A stretch of 63,656 nt of DNA, the filler included, from Octopus bimaculoides (taxonomy: Eukaryota), in the NCBI RefSeq assembly GCF_001194135.2. It is 4 parts of 4 records of this genome, joined end to end, with 100 filler letters (N's around TTAATTAATTAA, not from the genome) between each part and the next. Parts side by side here need not be neighbours in the genome. Positions count along the whole stretch, not along the records: positions 1 to 23,715 come from NC_068998.1; positions 23,816 to 50,541 come from NC_068982.1; 2 more parts are not named here. One strand, written 5' to 3'. This document shows positions 13,509 to 27,789 of this stretch, in pieces. Every line of letters starts with the position of its first letter. The stretch's first letter is position 1. The notes below the pieces were generated by a model. That model saw nothing but the letters and a program-made list of their open reading frames with translations, had not been told where the DNA came from and did no database searches. Position numbers and translations under genes: made by a program.

Positions 13509-13544
<36 letters not shown>

Positions 13545-13897
13545 GGATATATAGTGTCTGAGAGTGCGGGGTAGCACGTACATGCTTAGAAACAAGAGTC
13601 ACATAAGTCAAAGGGTATTGTAGTTGCAAACAAAAATAGAAGTCTACGCACTAGCAGAGGAGATCACCATCCCACAACGATCGAGATCGCTATACTAGCA
13701 TGGTACTTTCGTTTACAACACCAGTAGTCACTACTACATCATTGAGGGTTAAGCTAAATCTCAGCTGTCAGTATATAGTATTTACTATATGTATGAATGG
13801 CTACCAATCTAGAAGCTGCCCTGCGTCCTCAGTCACCATTAGTGATAATTGAGATTTTCCTTTTTGGTTTTATATTGCGTTTAGCCACTATCGTTAT

Positions 13898-13898
<1 letters not shown>

Positions 13899-13963
<65 letters not shown>
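13899..13963. repeat. (GATA)n microsatellite
   Basis: Direct read. Confidence 0.95.
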
Positions 13964-13964
<1 letters not shown>

Positions 13965-14711
13965 GCAAATATGAATAGATAGAATCATACATGTATACGT
14001 GAATCTAGACATTAGGGTGTTTGTATATATGTATATCATTTTTAATCCGTGTGTATTTGTAGTTCGAAGCAACGTAATAAGAAGAAATCTTCTTCGGTGT
14101 TTTTGTTATCGTGCTGTGAAACTTTACTTTTACTCATATTATGCAACATTTATTTACAATACACTATATATACTAATACAACACTTGCTTTCATATTATG
14201 GGAAACACAATAAAACGGTTTGTTAATAAATTACAATTATTGTAAATGTGGAGTTAGAAAAAACATTGATCATTCTCTGGTTAACGCAATAACAAATTAA
14301 TTTTAAATATTTCCCTGTTTTAATAAGGTATATCACTCAAATTACCGATGATATAAGTGAAATTAATTAAAACATCAATTCATTTGCAATAATTCCTTCA
14401 AAATTATCTGTTTACGAGTTAAGACCATGTGATTAATATAAATTAGAATTAGTCACCCAAATCTTCCAATTCTAGTAACCGCTTCGATGAATAGGGTTCC
14501 AATAGTTTTGAGATTATGTTCTAATTGTTTATATATTTATAAGGTCGGCTATTTCCCTTCTCTTACTGTCTCATTGGTGTTTGTTGTTGCTATGAGATAA
14601 CCGTTCCACATACACGAATCAGCAGCTTGAATTTATCTCAAAGCATACCCTACCGTCTCAAATGAATTAGACTTACGGTCTGCTATGTAATTCTCGATAA
14701 TATGAAAGACA

Positions 14712-14850
14712 GTAGTAGCGAATTGATATATAATCGTTAGAAGAAATATCACTGCTCCGAGTATGCTCTGAATCCAAATCCGTCTAGTTCAACGTTTTAT
14801 TATTTTCATCCTTTCATAACCGATAAATAAAATGCCGGCGCTGGGGTTAC
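14712..14850 (+). mobile_element. Highly degenerate SINE family B
   Basis: Residual AATCGTTAG..CTGAATCCAAATCC..TTTTCATCCTTTC..CGATAAATAAAAT..CTGGGGT. Confidence 0.45.
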
Positions 14851-17318
14851 ATTTTTTGTATCCGTCTCTCATTTTGTCACGTTTGTTCCAATAACAGTGC
14901 AGCGTGAAGCACATGTGACCGGGGCATACCTGTTTTTGCAATGGCTAACTTTCTGATTTAACAAATAGGAATCCAGTTGATTGAATATCATCATTCTTGA
15001 GATCAACAAATAATCCTCTGTGGAAATTCTGCAAAATCACCCAGCATAACAACAGCCTGAATAATGATCAGTCAAACGTTTATACATGGAAACAATGAAA
15101 TTTGTTAAGATTCAGCCTAATATACAGGACATGGTTCTGTATGCATGTTCGTCTGAGTAAATGTTTGTGGGGCGAATGAATGTGCGTGTGTCTTGTGTGT
15201 GTTTGTATGTGTGTGTGTGGTTTTATAAAAAACAGCAACATGATCGTGTTGAAAGTATCAAGTTATTAGCTCAGTCTTATTTTCTAGGGTTTTCTTTTTC
15301 GCATTTTTTAGTAAGGAGGAGCAGTGTATTATTTCTGTTGAAGGTGTACAGTAAAGGAGACAGTAAAATAAAAGCAATTAAATATCTAATTCGGAGTTTT
15401 TCATTCAAAGCTCTGCATTCGGTTTAAAAAGTACAAAGAAAGTTAATGTAACGAGAAAGATCTTGCCTTCGAGTAACTTTTAAGAAATGGGGATGAAGCT
15501 GTCAGTAATGCTATCGATAAATAGCTCTATTTAACGCTACACTTGAGAAAAGGAAATCTATATTTCCTGGAGATAAAGTTTTAGGGTTTCGTGATCCATT
15601 AGCAGTCTGAAAGTGACTAACCAACATTTTTGTTAGTTTGTATTTATTGCTTTTGTGAATGTCAAGTTCAATTCTGGTTGAGCAATGACAGTTTTATATT
15701 AGCTGTAACAAATTCTGTTCCAACATTTAACACACTAGTGAATTTTATCTATGAGATCATATTTATCAGGAGGTTTTATGTATATATATTGCTCCAAGTA
15801 CAAAAGTTAGAATTTATTTTATTGTTATTTTATACCATATAACACACATGAGGTTATTTGAAGGCAACACATTACTAAAGTTAGTATATTAATTCCTATA
15901 GATACCAGTTTTAGAATGAAATATATACCCAGGAAACAGCATTTTTCTACAATCTGATTTTCCTGCACATTCGACATTTCGTGTATATTCAGCATATCCT
16001 GCATTCAATTTTAATAAAGAATACAATGATATTTAGAAATAAAGTGAGAAAATGTATAAATGTCATCTAATGTTGATTGTGATTAATCAGTTATTGCAGA
16101 AACACGACATTTGTTTTATCAGTTCAAAATAATGATCTGTTCTCTCATCACGTCATCATTACCTTGTGAAATTTCATCTTAAAATCAAAATAATCAATTT
16201 TATTCCGGAATGTATTGCATTAATTCATTGCAAATTATTATGAATTTTAAATAGTCATTGATGAATGCGCTATGCCAGCGAGTATAAGAGGCGTTGAATA
16301 TTTCATAATATTCGAAATATTTTGGAACGTTTATTATGGAACTGTAATATTAATAATTAAGATAAATTCATTCAACGTTTCACCTTTGTGGGTCTAAAAG
16401 CTATCCCTTCCAGGAGTAATCGCAAACAAAACAAGGAATTATATATCAAGCAAAGTTCCTCTGATATCAATAGCAGCAAGTAATAGATTTGCATAATTCA
16501 TATAGTTCAAACACATGAGAATTAATAACAATATAAAATAAATCTATGCAGAACACTTTCATCATTCGAATTTGAGCATATTTCTTAATGCAATTAAATA
16601 CTAATGAATTATTTGTTCAATGTGTGAACCCTGAAATCTAGGCGCTGTATTTTTGAAACTCTGTGATGCATTTATGCTACGACATTCAATACCTAATACG
16701 CTAAGAACCGTATCACTGCAGTTTGGCTTGCTGAACATAACCATAAAATTACTTTCACATTCCAACATACCATTTTATAAATGAAAGCAAATTGAAATAA
16801 GAGTTAAACAATATGGTTAAGATAATCGGATAAACATAACTGAAATGCGTTTGACAAAGATCAACACGTTGAAGGCCCGCTTCAAATCAAAGGGCTAAGT
16901 GTACGTCAAGTACTGAACAAATAAGGAATACGTATTGATTTACAGGATGGTCCGGTTAATTTATTTCGCTTCTTCGGGAACAGCTTGATGAATTTGTAAA
17001 CAATCAACGGCGTTGGAGGGCATAAAATTAAGCTGTAGTTCAGAAATAGTTACGTGACATGATGAAGTGTAAGTTATTTGAATATAGGAACACAGTTAAC
17101 AGAAAGCATGATGATTTGCGCTACGTATGGAAATGTCGATATCATGACTACTGTTCAATACTTTGTGAACACTGGGAACGCTGTAAGAAGTGCTGGACAT
17201 CTACAACGGGACGCGGCAAGTTTTCTGTTTGCGTCGAGACTTTGAACTGGCCTATAACTCAATCGAAGCGGCTATGCCTAGCTGCTGGAGACTGTGTTCA
17301 AGCTCTGGCTGAAGAGGG

Positions 17319-17369
<51 letters not shown>

Positions 17370-17410
17370 CGCGTGTTTAAATATATCATCTTTTATCTCT
17401 CACTGGTTGC

Positions 17411-17600
17411 AGTAACTGAACTGCCGCTATGCAGGATTTAGTCGAACCAATTGAATTCAATATCTGTTTAATTTACCAGACTTTCACACATTTTATTAGC
17501 TTCTTGAACCGTAGTGCTAAGCTACGGCGGCCTAAACAATCGAGTTTCGGTTGTCAAGCGGTAGCAGGGGGATGAGCATAAAGGGACACACAAACACCCA
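17411..17600 (-). mobile_element. Degenerate SINE family A, 3' half
   Basis: TTTAGTCGAAC..GCTAAGCTACGG..CGGTTGTCAAGCGGT..GGGGGA..ACACACAAACAC in the family A order. Confidence 0.5.
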
Positions 17601-17639
17601 CGAATCCAAACTGACACACACACCAGAAACTTCAGCTCT

Positions 17640-18250
17640 GCTTTTAGCAAAGCAACTGGCCTAATTTATTAAAATTATCTGTGTTCTTCTGTTTCAATCT
17701 CAGGTGCACAATAATAGCTTGTTTTGAATAATTGGTATTTCTTCTGTCCTGCTGCCAGTTCATACATCGGCGAAAATTCCACGAAAATGTCCGTTTAAAG
17801 AGTAAAACCAATAAGACAGATATCAAGCCTCTCCGAGTTTGCCCTCATAGAATCAGCCACATCCCTCGCTCTCGGTTAGGGACATGTGGTTCACCGTCCT
17901 CTCCAGTCGTCTATGCGCCCCAAATATTTGACTGAAATAACGCTGAAAAGCCACAGTCGCACAACGTTGCTTCTACCCTGGGCCCCACACATCTCCAGAT
18001 CCGTCAAAGACCGATTTTATTTTTGACGTGTTGCCCCTCAGCCTATTAATCGTATGCTGTTTCCTCGAGTTTTAAAGCACTCTCCCAAGCTCGAAAACGT
18101 AGACATCGCTTTATCAAAAAGACAGTTTCAATTCCACTGAAGCAAATCAAAATTTTTGTACCTGGGGTAGAAATGATATCTGCAGCTCCTCAGAGTCTTT
18201 CAAACTGAACATCACACAAACACAGCAAAAAAGTTGAAACTCATTTTTTT
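17640..18250 (-). pseudogene. Possible decayed Tc1/mariner-superfamily transposase
   Basis: ANSER / ISVL...NWQQD...HLRL resembles TVNSERY..L....WFQQDGA..H; frameshifted and weak. Confidence 0.3.
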
Positions 18251-18320
18251 CGAAGAAAGTTGAAATAATAAAAAGACTTGAGTGACTTGAAACTCGCGTA
18301 GCTGACAACACAACAAAGGC

Positions 18321-18351
<31 letters not shown>

Positions 18352-18353
<2 letters not shown>

Positions 18354-19953
18354 TACAACAACAACAAAAATACAGACGTATACAGATCTATTAGCCTTAA
18401 GAAGCTACGTTACGAGCAATGTTTTTATGCAGAAAACTCGGAGGCGGTGTGTCTCAAAAAATTTACCGTAAACAAACAGATGCATTCCCTAATGTCAGCG
18501 TCCAAGCTCGTCATGCCTCAATAATAACAAAGCAAAATACAAACCGTGTTTCCGTCACCCGGATTCGAATGATGAACCAAATTGGGTAAGAAAAATCAGC
18601 TACTTGTTCAAATCTTCCGAAACACAGGAGCTGGAAGTACCACACAACCGGAATATTCGCCACACATGGCCATCCATGCTCGTCATCAAATAACCAAAAG
18701 AGAAAGAATGAATAATGATCCAGGGGAGATAATAAAGACGTTCTTAAGGCCTTATATCATGCCATGTATTTCCCCACAAATATATCTAATACTGTATAAA
18801 CCTACTTAAACTGGAGACAGAATCACCTTGAAGTAAGACACTAAATAGACAGTAACAGACTTGCCAACGTCAGAAGAATCATTATGAAACAGAAGTTACA
18901 AACTGAATCAGAGATTCACTAAATGAAACAATCAGTAAGGATAAAAGGAACGAAGTTGCAGCTAAAGAAGTTACTGTAGTGGAAATAATTATAAATCAAC
19001 CGAAGTCTAATGAAAAAGCAATAATGATTGAAAAGTGATAAGCAAAATGACATATTTTCTGAACCAACCATAAACACTAAGGCAGATCAAAATCAAGTAG
19101 ATGAAGAAAGTCACACAGATATTGCCCCCAAGAGAACTACATAAAATGTCTTCTTGGACATAGTATGGTACTGTAGAACACGAAAGACTTGAATTTGTGA
19201 GAGAATATCAAAATAGATCGTGGAATGTTCCAGGGTGATTCCCTTTTTCTTTTTTTCTCTTTGATCTTTCCTTAATTTCCTTGTCGCATGAGTTGAATAT
19301 AAAAAATTACGGATACAAAATGTTTGGTAAGATTATCACGCATTTGTCCTAGACGATGGTCTGAAATAATATGCAAATGATGACAAGGATCTGAAGGTTT
19401 TGTTTGCAACTGTGAAAAAATTCAGTGGTGATATCAATATGGAATTTGGCCTAGATAAGTATGTAAAAGCTATATTTAAACGCGGTGAACTGACAGCTGA
19501 TACCCAACTTGATATTGATACGACTATTAAGGATATGGATCAAAAATGCTTTTATAAATATCTTGGGGTAATTGACGAGAAAGTGATTCAGCTCGGGTCA
19601 ATGAGAGGGAAGGTCAGGAAAGAACATATCAAAATGATCCTGAATACTGAGCTAAAATCCCAGAATAGAATTTCAGCTATAAAATCCCTAGCCATAACAG
19701 TTGTCTACTATAGATAGCCGTAATTTCATCAACTGATATTTGAGTGAACTCCAAGAAATCGACAAAAAACAGGAAACTGCTAACATAAAATAGGATGAAA
19801 ATAGGGAAGTAGAGGCATTATTCAACTTCAAACGTCTTATAAAGCAATCACAATAGGATTCAAAATGATCATCCAAAGTAAAACTGACTGGTCGGTACAG
19901 CTGGTAAGGCAATACGAACAGGGCAGGGAACCGTAGTCAGTCGCAATTTTATG

Positions 19954-20036
<83 letters not shown>

Positions 20037-20978
20037 GAGAGCTTAATTTCCCTTATGATAATGATAATGAGGAGGTGCCAACGGCAGCATCAAATTGTAA
20101 GACAAAAACAAACAGGAAAGCTTGAATGAAATGTCGAGGCCGTGATAAGAAAAACGATCGCATGGACAATGCCCAAATATGTTGTGGAAGCTAATGTAGT
20201 TATTAGAAGAACCAGTCAGTGGCTGCAGAGCACTGATTTGAAAGCCGAAACAGAAGGATTTGTCCTATCCGGACAAGATAAGTTTCCTCATCCGGACCTA
20301 CGATGGTAATGCCACACACAATGAGGCAGACACAAAGTCTAGACTTTGCGATAATGAATCTGAGAGCATTGACCTCATTGTTACCGGTTGGTCAATCTTT
20401 TCTCCTTCAGAATATAATACCAGGCATTATCTAGATGGCCAATACTTGCACTGGAGCATATGCTGTCACTTTGATATCCTGCACCCTAAAAGCTGGTATC
20501 GTCCCCATTCATTGGGGAAGAGAATGTTACCATCCTATGGAATTATGGGATACATGCAGACAGGCAAATAAATGATAACATGCCACGCATCGTCATCAAA
20601 GACGTAAGAGAAGATAAACGTGCGTGTTAGTTGACATGACGGTGCCTACTGATAAAAATATCTCAGCAAAAGAATTCGAAACTCTATCAAAATACAAGGA
20701 CCTTGAGATTGAGATATCTAGGACGTGATAATTGAAAACTAAAACCATCACTGTTGTTGTGAGTGTCCTGAAAGTGATCAAGAAAGGTATCAACAAACTT
20801 TTTTACCCCATGCTTAGGAAACGAACAATCTACGAAGTTCAAAACATTGCGCTGGCATAAACCACTCAAATTGGCAGGAACTTTCTTACCATCTAATATA
20901 TACGTGCTGTGGTCTCTGGCTGAGACCCAGTCGGAAGATGAAATAGAATGAAAATCAAGTGAAAAAAAAAATAATAAT
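18352..20978 (+). mobile_element. Decayed, internally deleted R4/Dong-clade non-LTR retrotransposon
   Basis: N-terminal TYLNWRQNH..IDSNRLANVRR at ~18800-18890. RT motif GMFQGDS at 19222-19242. FSGDINMEFGLDK..YKYLGV..ELKSQNRISAI in ORF 19400-19717. AETEGF..QD at 20245-20280. Degenerate CCHC knuckle (SRLC..IDLIVTGW). Restriction-like endonuclease region IVIKD..LVDMTVP..SKYKDLEIEI at 20589-20730. Flanked by (AAT)n 5' and A-rich/(AAT)n 3'. Confidence 0.85.
19955..20034. repeat. (TA)n expansion inside the R4 element
   Basis: Direct read. Confidence 0.95.
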
Positions 20979-23369
20979 GGTTATAATAATAAGAAATATA
21001 TGAATAAATAAATAAAGTAAATTATGGTGTTTTCATTAACGCAGTTGACGTTTTTAACGTTGAAAAAATTTGAAAAGTATTGCCTGAAAGATATAAGTTT
21101 ACAAGAAAGCTAGACGAGTTTGACAGATTGTGATTAACGAATTAAAGTTTTAAAAGTTTATGGTTGGTAACAGCAGAATAAATTACTTTTTATAGGGAAT
21201 TTCCATCGTATATTTTCTTTTAATATTTATCGTGTTATTGATCAGGGTCGAATGGGAGAGCGAGTGAGAAAGAGAAAGGGAGATAGAAAGAACGAGAGCG
21301 AGAAAGAAAGAAAGCGACAGGGAAAGAGAGAGAGAGAAAGAAAGAGAGAAAGGGAGAGTGATTAAAAGAGTAAACGTCGAGCATAAAATAGTTTCTCTCG
21401 CGAGAAGTAGATACATTTTCTTTACAAAACATCTCGGTATCTCTGTTTACTTTCACTTCCATGAACATTTTATTTATTTGCTAAGATATGTATTAATTTT
21501 TTTAACAGTTTAATGCCCCAACATATTTTAAACGTGGTCACTACATTATACGAATAAAATGCATAGAATACATTTATTGAGGATATAACATTAATATTTT
21601 ATAGTCTGAATATACTTTAATAAGTGTTTTACCATCTGTTGCTTTATCCGTTGTAATATGTTGTAAGTTAAACGTGACATTTAGAGTCAACTAAAAGACA
21701 TCGATTCTAAATTTCAACTTCCCTAAATAACTCACCATCAATTAGTCATGAAGTTTCTTTAGACTGAATAAATTATGCAACCGCAAACTTTCTTCTATCT
21801 GACTTGGATCTAGATAACTATAATAGTTTTCGAATTTGAAAATTACATTTTGAACCATTAAAGGGTTTCTAAATTGCTAAAATTTGACATATTAACAAAT
21901 ATGTTTAAATCTTTAATTTCATTACGATAGGGGAAGCAAACATTTTGCGATAAGTATATGCTTTTATAAGGTTATTTAGTTGGAAAGCTGACTATTGGGT
22001 CATATATATTTGAATCTATTTCGGTGTATTTCTTTCATTTATTTCCGTTTGTTCATCAGTAAAACTTGAAGTATTTCTTATACAAACAACAATATTTCAT
22101 TATAAAGCGTTTACAATGTTTACGTTTAACATCTATTTTATACGTATGTGTAAGTTTCAATTTAAAACAATTACTCAGCTAACTGTCGTTTAGCTGAAGC
22201 AAAATATATAATTGACGCCACTAATCTGAGTCACCATTAAAGGACAAAACTGTTACTTAATATCTCTTGAAGACTAGTAGATATCATCCCACTACTATCT
22301 GAATCTCTACACTGTGTAAAACAACGGGCAGTTTGTACCAAATCACACCATGCCGTCTTGAGCAATTAAAAGACATTAGATAATTTAATCCGTTATACCA
22401 CTTAAGAGATGTGTCAGAAACGTCCGCATTGCTTACTTTTCTCACGAATGCTTTCTTTAGTTTAACCTAAGGTTGTACACACTGCCAACAACTGCTGCAT
22501 AAGCATTATATTTTTTTGCAGTTACGTGTACGATTACTTGAGAGAATAGCCGATTGACGACGAATTATAGACCTAGCATTTGCCAGTTCTGTTATTAGTT
22601 TCTGCGACTGGCTACTATTCTTGTAAGAATTTATATTGTTCAGTACATTCCATTAATTTTGTTATTCGTTTCCCATTATGCCTGTTTGGTCTATGTATGA
22701 AACGAATAATTTCTTAGTACCAATCCTTTAGTGGAGGAAGTCCAGGGAAATATTTGTTCAATGTTACAAATCTAGGTGCATTGAAGGTGGACCATTTATT
22801 AATGAAGTTCATCTTCCTTCATTCATTCATTTTTATAGTTATATACACTTTGCAAGATAAGAATAAAATTATCAAAGTTCACGTAATCAAAATCAAGGAT
22901 CAGTGGACAATAAGGAGCCAGTAATCCAGCGTGACGGGCGATGCGGTTAAAGCATCTAATATGAGAAAGAGTAATGCTTATCTTTCGTTAGCTGATAATT
23001 TAGACAAAACAGAATATATGATGTACAATCAGAACGACATTCAATGAAGTGGAAAATTGATTTATTGAAGTCGCATCAGTAAACATGGAGTATACACACG
23101 TATTCTTAGCACACGTTTTCAAGTAGGATGAATGTGACACAGTGGGTGAAGCTTGAATGTTTGATTTACTAGTACAATCTATACTACGGGCTTAGGCATA
23201 ATAAAGGCCCTTTGAAATTCGCTCAAACGCCTCATGGAAGTATGGTGAAGCTATAGTAAACGCACTTGCCTGAGATAACATGGTGTGGTGCTGAAGTTGA
23301 GAGCGCATGTTTGAGAAGAGAATATCTTCACAAGCGCATTCAGACGCACACACGCAAATGCATCTCTCT

Positions 23370-23453
23370 CACTGTCTCTCCCTCTCTCTCTCTCCCTCTC
23401 TCTCTTTCTCTCCCCTCTCTCTCTCCCTCTCTCTCTCCCCCTCTCTCTCACCT

Positions 23454-23500
<47 letters not shown>
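23370..23500. repeat. Compound (CT)n-(TA)n microsatellite
   Basis: Direct read. Confidence 0.9.
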
Positions 23501-23503
<3 letters not shown>

Positions 23504-23715
23504 AGTAAAAATAAATACCAAAAAAGGTGGATTTTTTTTTGTATGATTGTGTATAGAGGAATATATTATTTTCCTTAAAAGAGTTCCAACACTGTCTGTT
23601 TTTTATGTTTTATTTATATTCCTGCAGAACTAATGTGGGGTATAGAATATGGAATATACAATATATAATATGATATACAATATACAATATAAAATAAAAT
23701 AAAATAAAAATGGAT

Positions 23716-23815
23716 NNNNNNNNNNNNNNNNNNNNNNNNNNNNNNNNNNNNNNNNNNNNTTAATTAATTAANNNNNNNNNNNNNNNNNNNNNNNNNNNNN
23801 NNNNNNNNNNNNNNN
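23716..23815. other. Artificial scaffold spacer N44-TTAATTAATTAA-N44
   Basis: Exactly 100 bp; identical construct at 50542-50641 and 62047-62146. Confidence 0.9.
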
Positions 23816-25678
23816 TATATTCACAAGTATAACGCTCCTTGCAAATTCAACTACGTGCTACCGAAATACTGCGTTCAGTTTTGGAGATTCAGATACATCA
23901 GAGCCACTACCTTCTGCTGCAGACTGACTTCGAGATTTGTTACTGCGTTGTACCTCTTCCACCCATACCCAACTAACGGCTATTGAGTCTTCGTGTATCA
24001 CCTGACACATCTTCTTTCGTGCAAAGTAACCTTCGTCTTACGCGTTGAAGAAATAGTCAAGCGTTATTCCTGCTACTCCGTTTAATATACATGAGCCACT
24101 GATATGTTACAAATATAGTTTATTTCCTCTTCTATTGTTTTTTAAAACAATTTCTGCTAAATCTAGCATGTCCCTCTGATTTTCCGTTTTAAAGAAATCT
24201 TTCACCTTTCGATGAATGATAGCTTCCGTCAATTCCCGCATAACTATTTTACTAATCTTATTCCTGAAGCATTTCGCTTCCTGAAGGACGCATTCATCCT
24301 CTAGTTACCGGGATCAGTATATTTATCTTTTTAAAGGTGTCTGTATAAGCCGAACACTTGTGGTTTTACACTAAACATCGATCAGAAACTGTTTACAACT
24401 TATGCTACAATTAACTGCTAGTCTAATAAAGCCCTTTTCTAATTATGGTCCGAAATATTTGCACTGCCGTATTTGAGTAACCGAGGCGAAGCCTGTCAGA
24501 TATTTCGGAAAGCCTGAAAAGTTTTGCAAGGCATTTGCACAGAATCGACTATCACCTACTCATTTATAATCGCTACTTGCGTCCAACACACATAAAACAT
24601 ACAAATCTGCGTATACATAGATACATACATACATACATACATACTTACATAGAAACATATATGTATATATGAATACGTACATACGTAAATACATATATAC
24701 AAACATACATACATACATACATGCATACAAAAGAATACCCTGTTTTTGATGTTGAAATTCTAAAGAAGGAGCCTTGTATCTATGTTAGAAACCGGTTCTT
24801 TATTGGCAAAAAATCTTGAAATAAACTGAAGAACGACATGCATACATACTCAGGAATAATGCCGACTTTTNNNNNNNNNNTATATATATATATATATATA
24901 TCCATACAATAATATTTCGGGTGCTTTTTGTCTTGAGTAAATGCTTAAGTGACAGTTATGGTAAGATCGTATTTTCTGGAAAAGAAAACGTATATTCGAA
25001 ATGCAATCTGTAAGTGGAACAGTAGAAATATGCAAAAGTTTTCTCAAGTTTAGTATATGAATTTGCTTTTGTTATCAACATTCCAACGGCGCAGCTTTGT
25101 ATCTTTGTCAGAAACTACCTCATTCATCAGTGTAAAGCTTCCAGTAATTACAGACAGAAAAAAAAACATACGTATATCCATGTTTACATAGATACTTGCA
25201 TGGATACAGCACACATACATAGGTATATATTTATATATATGTATATNNNNNNNNNNNNNNNNNNNNNNNNNNNNNNNNNNNNNNNNNNNNNNNNNNNNNN
25301 NNNNNNNNNNNNNNNNNNNNNNNNNNNNNNNNNNNNNNNNNNNNNNNNNNNNNNNNNNNNNNNNNNNNNNNNNNNNNNNNNNNNNNNNNNNNNNNNNNNN
25401 NNNNNNNNNNNNNNNNNNNNNNNNNNNNNNNNNNNNNNNNNNNNNNNNNNNNNNNNNNNNNNNNNNNNNNNNNNNNNNNNNNNNNNNNNNNNNNNNNNNN
25501 NNNNNNNNNNNNNNNNNNNNNNNNNNNNNNNNNNNNNNNNNNNNNNNNNNNNNNNNNNNNNNNNNNNNNNNNNNNNNNNNNNNNNNNNNNNNNNNNNNNN
25601 NNNNNNNNNNNNNNNNNNNNNNNNNNNNNNNNNNNNNNNNNNNNNNNNNNNNNNNNNNNNNNNNNNNNNNNNNNNNNN

Positions 25679-25710
<32 letters not shown>

Positions 25711-26749
25711 AAGAGAGAGAGATACTACGCTTATATCTTGCTACGTGTAAACGTGTGTGTGTATATGTTTGTGTATATTGTTGTATGTATTCATTAACCT
25801 TATTTTGTTTTTTAGATCAATTTTGTTGAAATGCTGATTCCTTTTTTCATATTTGCGGTTAATTTCCTCAAAACCTGCATGACTTTCACTCACCGTTTCG
25901 ATTTCTATACGTTATATTCATACTGTTTCTTTGACATCCTTCCGTCTTGCCTCTGTTATGTATATACATATATTCATTACTCATTTTAAAGCATTCTTTC
26001 ATCCATAGATCTAATTTTCACGCAGATCTCAACAATACATGAATATAATATAATATATATATACATACATACATATATATGTGTGTGTTTGTGTGTACAT
26101 ATATAATTAAATCTTAAGAGATGCCTGAAAATGTAAATGTGAAATCTGTTTGCAGTTGGGCGCACACATACCTATATAAACTCACAAACACTTTTATACA
26201 CATAAACACACACATTGAAACGCATACGATATATGATATATCATATATTTGTTATGTGTACATAAGATTGCAGAAAAAATAAACATATATAATTTGGAAA
26301 TATTTGAATGGATGCTGCTAGTGTGTGTGTTTGTTTATGCGTGCTTCAGTTTGTTTACAATTTTATTTGAATACGTCTCTTCTCATACATACAACCTTAT
26401 GATAACCAGAAGCTATCTACTCGCTTGCACACAGATTTGTTTTTGTATATAGAAGCATATCACGTATGCTTTCTCTTTGTCTCTCTCTTACAAACACAGA
26501 CGCGCACACGCGATCATGTCTATGGATATCAGAATATAAGATAGAGAAATATACTAAAATATTTAGAGACATTCTATATAACGAGTTTTTCATTCAGAGT
26601 CTTTATGTATGCCTGTCTATATATATATGTGTGTGTGTGTGAGTGTGTGTCTGTGTGAGTATGTGTGTGTGTCCATTTTTTGCATGTATGTATGCATTTA
26701 TTTGTACGCCTGTTTATGTCGTTCGAATGACAGGAATGATTGTACGTGA

Positions 26750-26784
<35 letters not shown>

Positions 26785-27292
26785 CATACATACCTATANN
26801 NNNNNNNNNNNNNNNNNNNNNNNNNNNNNNNNNNNNNNNNNNNNNNNNNNNNNNNNNNNNNNNNNNNNNNNNNNNNNNNNNNNNNNNNNNNNNNNNNNNN
26901 NNNNNNNNNNNNNNNNNNNNNNNNNNNNNNNNNNNNNNNNNNNNNNNNNNNNNNNNNNNNNNNNNNNNNNNNNNNNNNNNNNNNNNNNNNNNNNNNNNNN
27001 NNNNNNNNNNNNNNNNNNNNNNNNNNNNNNNNNNNNNNNNNNNNNNNNNNNNNNNNNNNNNNNNNNNNNNNNNNNNNNNNNNNNNNNNNNNNNNNNNNNN
27101 NNNNNNNNNNNNNNNNNNNNNNNNNNNNNNNNNNNNNNNNNNNNNNNNNNNNNNNNNNNNNNNNNNNNNNNNNNNNNNNNNNNNNNNNNNNNNNNNNNNN
27201 NNNNNNNNNNNNNNNNNNNNNNNNNNNNNNNNNNNNNNNNNNNNNNNNNNNNNNNNNNNNNNNNNNNNNNNNNNNNNNNNNNNNNNATATAT

Positions 27293-27332
<40 letters not shown>

Positions 27333-27789
27333 CATATATATGTATATATGCATATACGCACACACATATATAACATTCATATGTGCATACCTATAAAGTG
27401 AATTTTCTGTATTCGTTAATTTAAGGCCTACATGTATATGAAATAAACACCGGAATACTTGTTCAAAATTATGAATGTAAATGCATTGCGTTTTTATTAA
27501 TATTTAAATCTTTATGTAGTGAAATACGCATATCAGTAACAACACAAGTCATGGGATTATATAAATATGCTGATTATTTTGGGACGCCGAAGCGTGATTT
27601 TGAGATCAATTTATTCTGTCATGTCCAGGTTAAACATAATCGAATTCATGCTTCCTTACTAATTTTGCTGGTATTCTGCTGAAATTTGAAACCATGGCAT
27701 TGTGTTCAATTTAGCTTTCACTCCATGTAGTGATCCATTTACGAGAAGTTGCTCTCTTTCTATATGTACATTTCAAGTCATGCTTCGAT

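Noticed and set aside
14925-15065. Minus-strand candidate exon ending in CAG|GTATGC
   Set aside because: No recognisable protein in any frame; cannot be supported without RNA data.
16941-17230. TACAGGATGGTCC (TIR-like start) and the peptide NTGNAVRSAGHLQ, resembling a mariner-like N-terminus
   Set aside because: No matching opposite TIR was found and the similarity is too short.
18548-18572. tRNA 3'-end-like string (reverse complement TTCGAATCCGGGTGACGGAA)
   Set aside because: Only about 20 nt, no D-arm or anticodon arm, and it lies inside the R4 element's 5' region.
22395-22430. CTTAAGAGATGTGTCAGAAACGTC, hammerhead-like
   Set aside because: The core is mutated (CUUAAGA) and there is no stem I pairing.
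25060-25130. Minus-strand CTGATGAATGAGG...CTGACAAAG, hammerhead-like
   Set aside because: No GAAA core and no consistent stem II or III.
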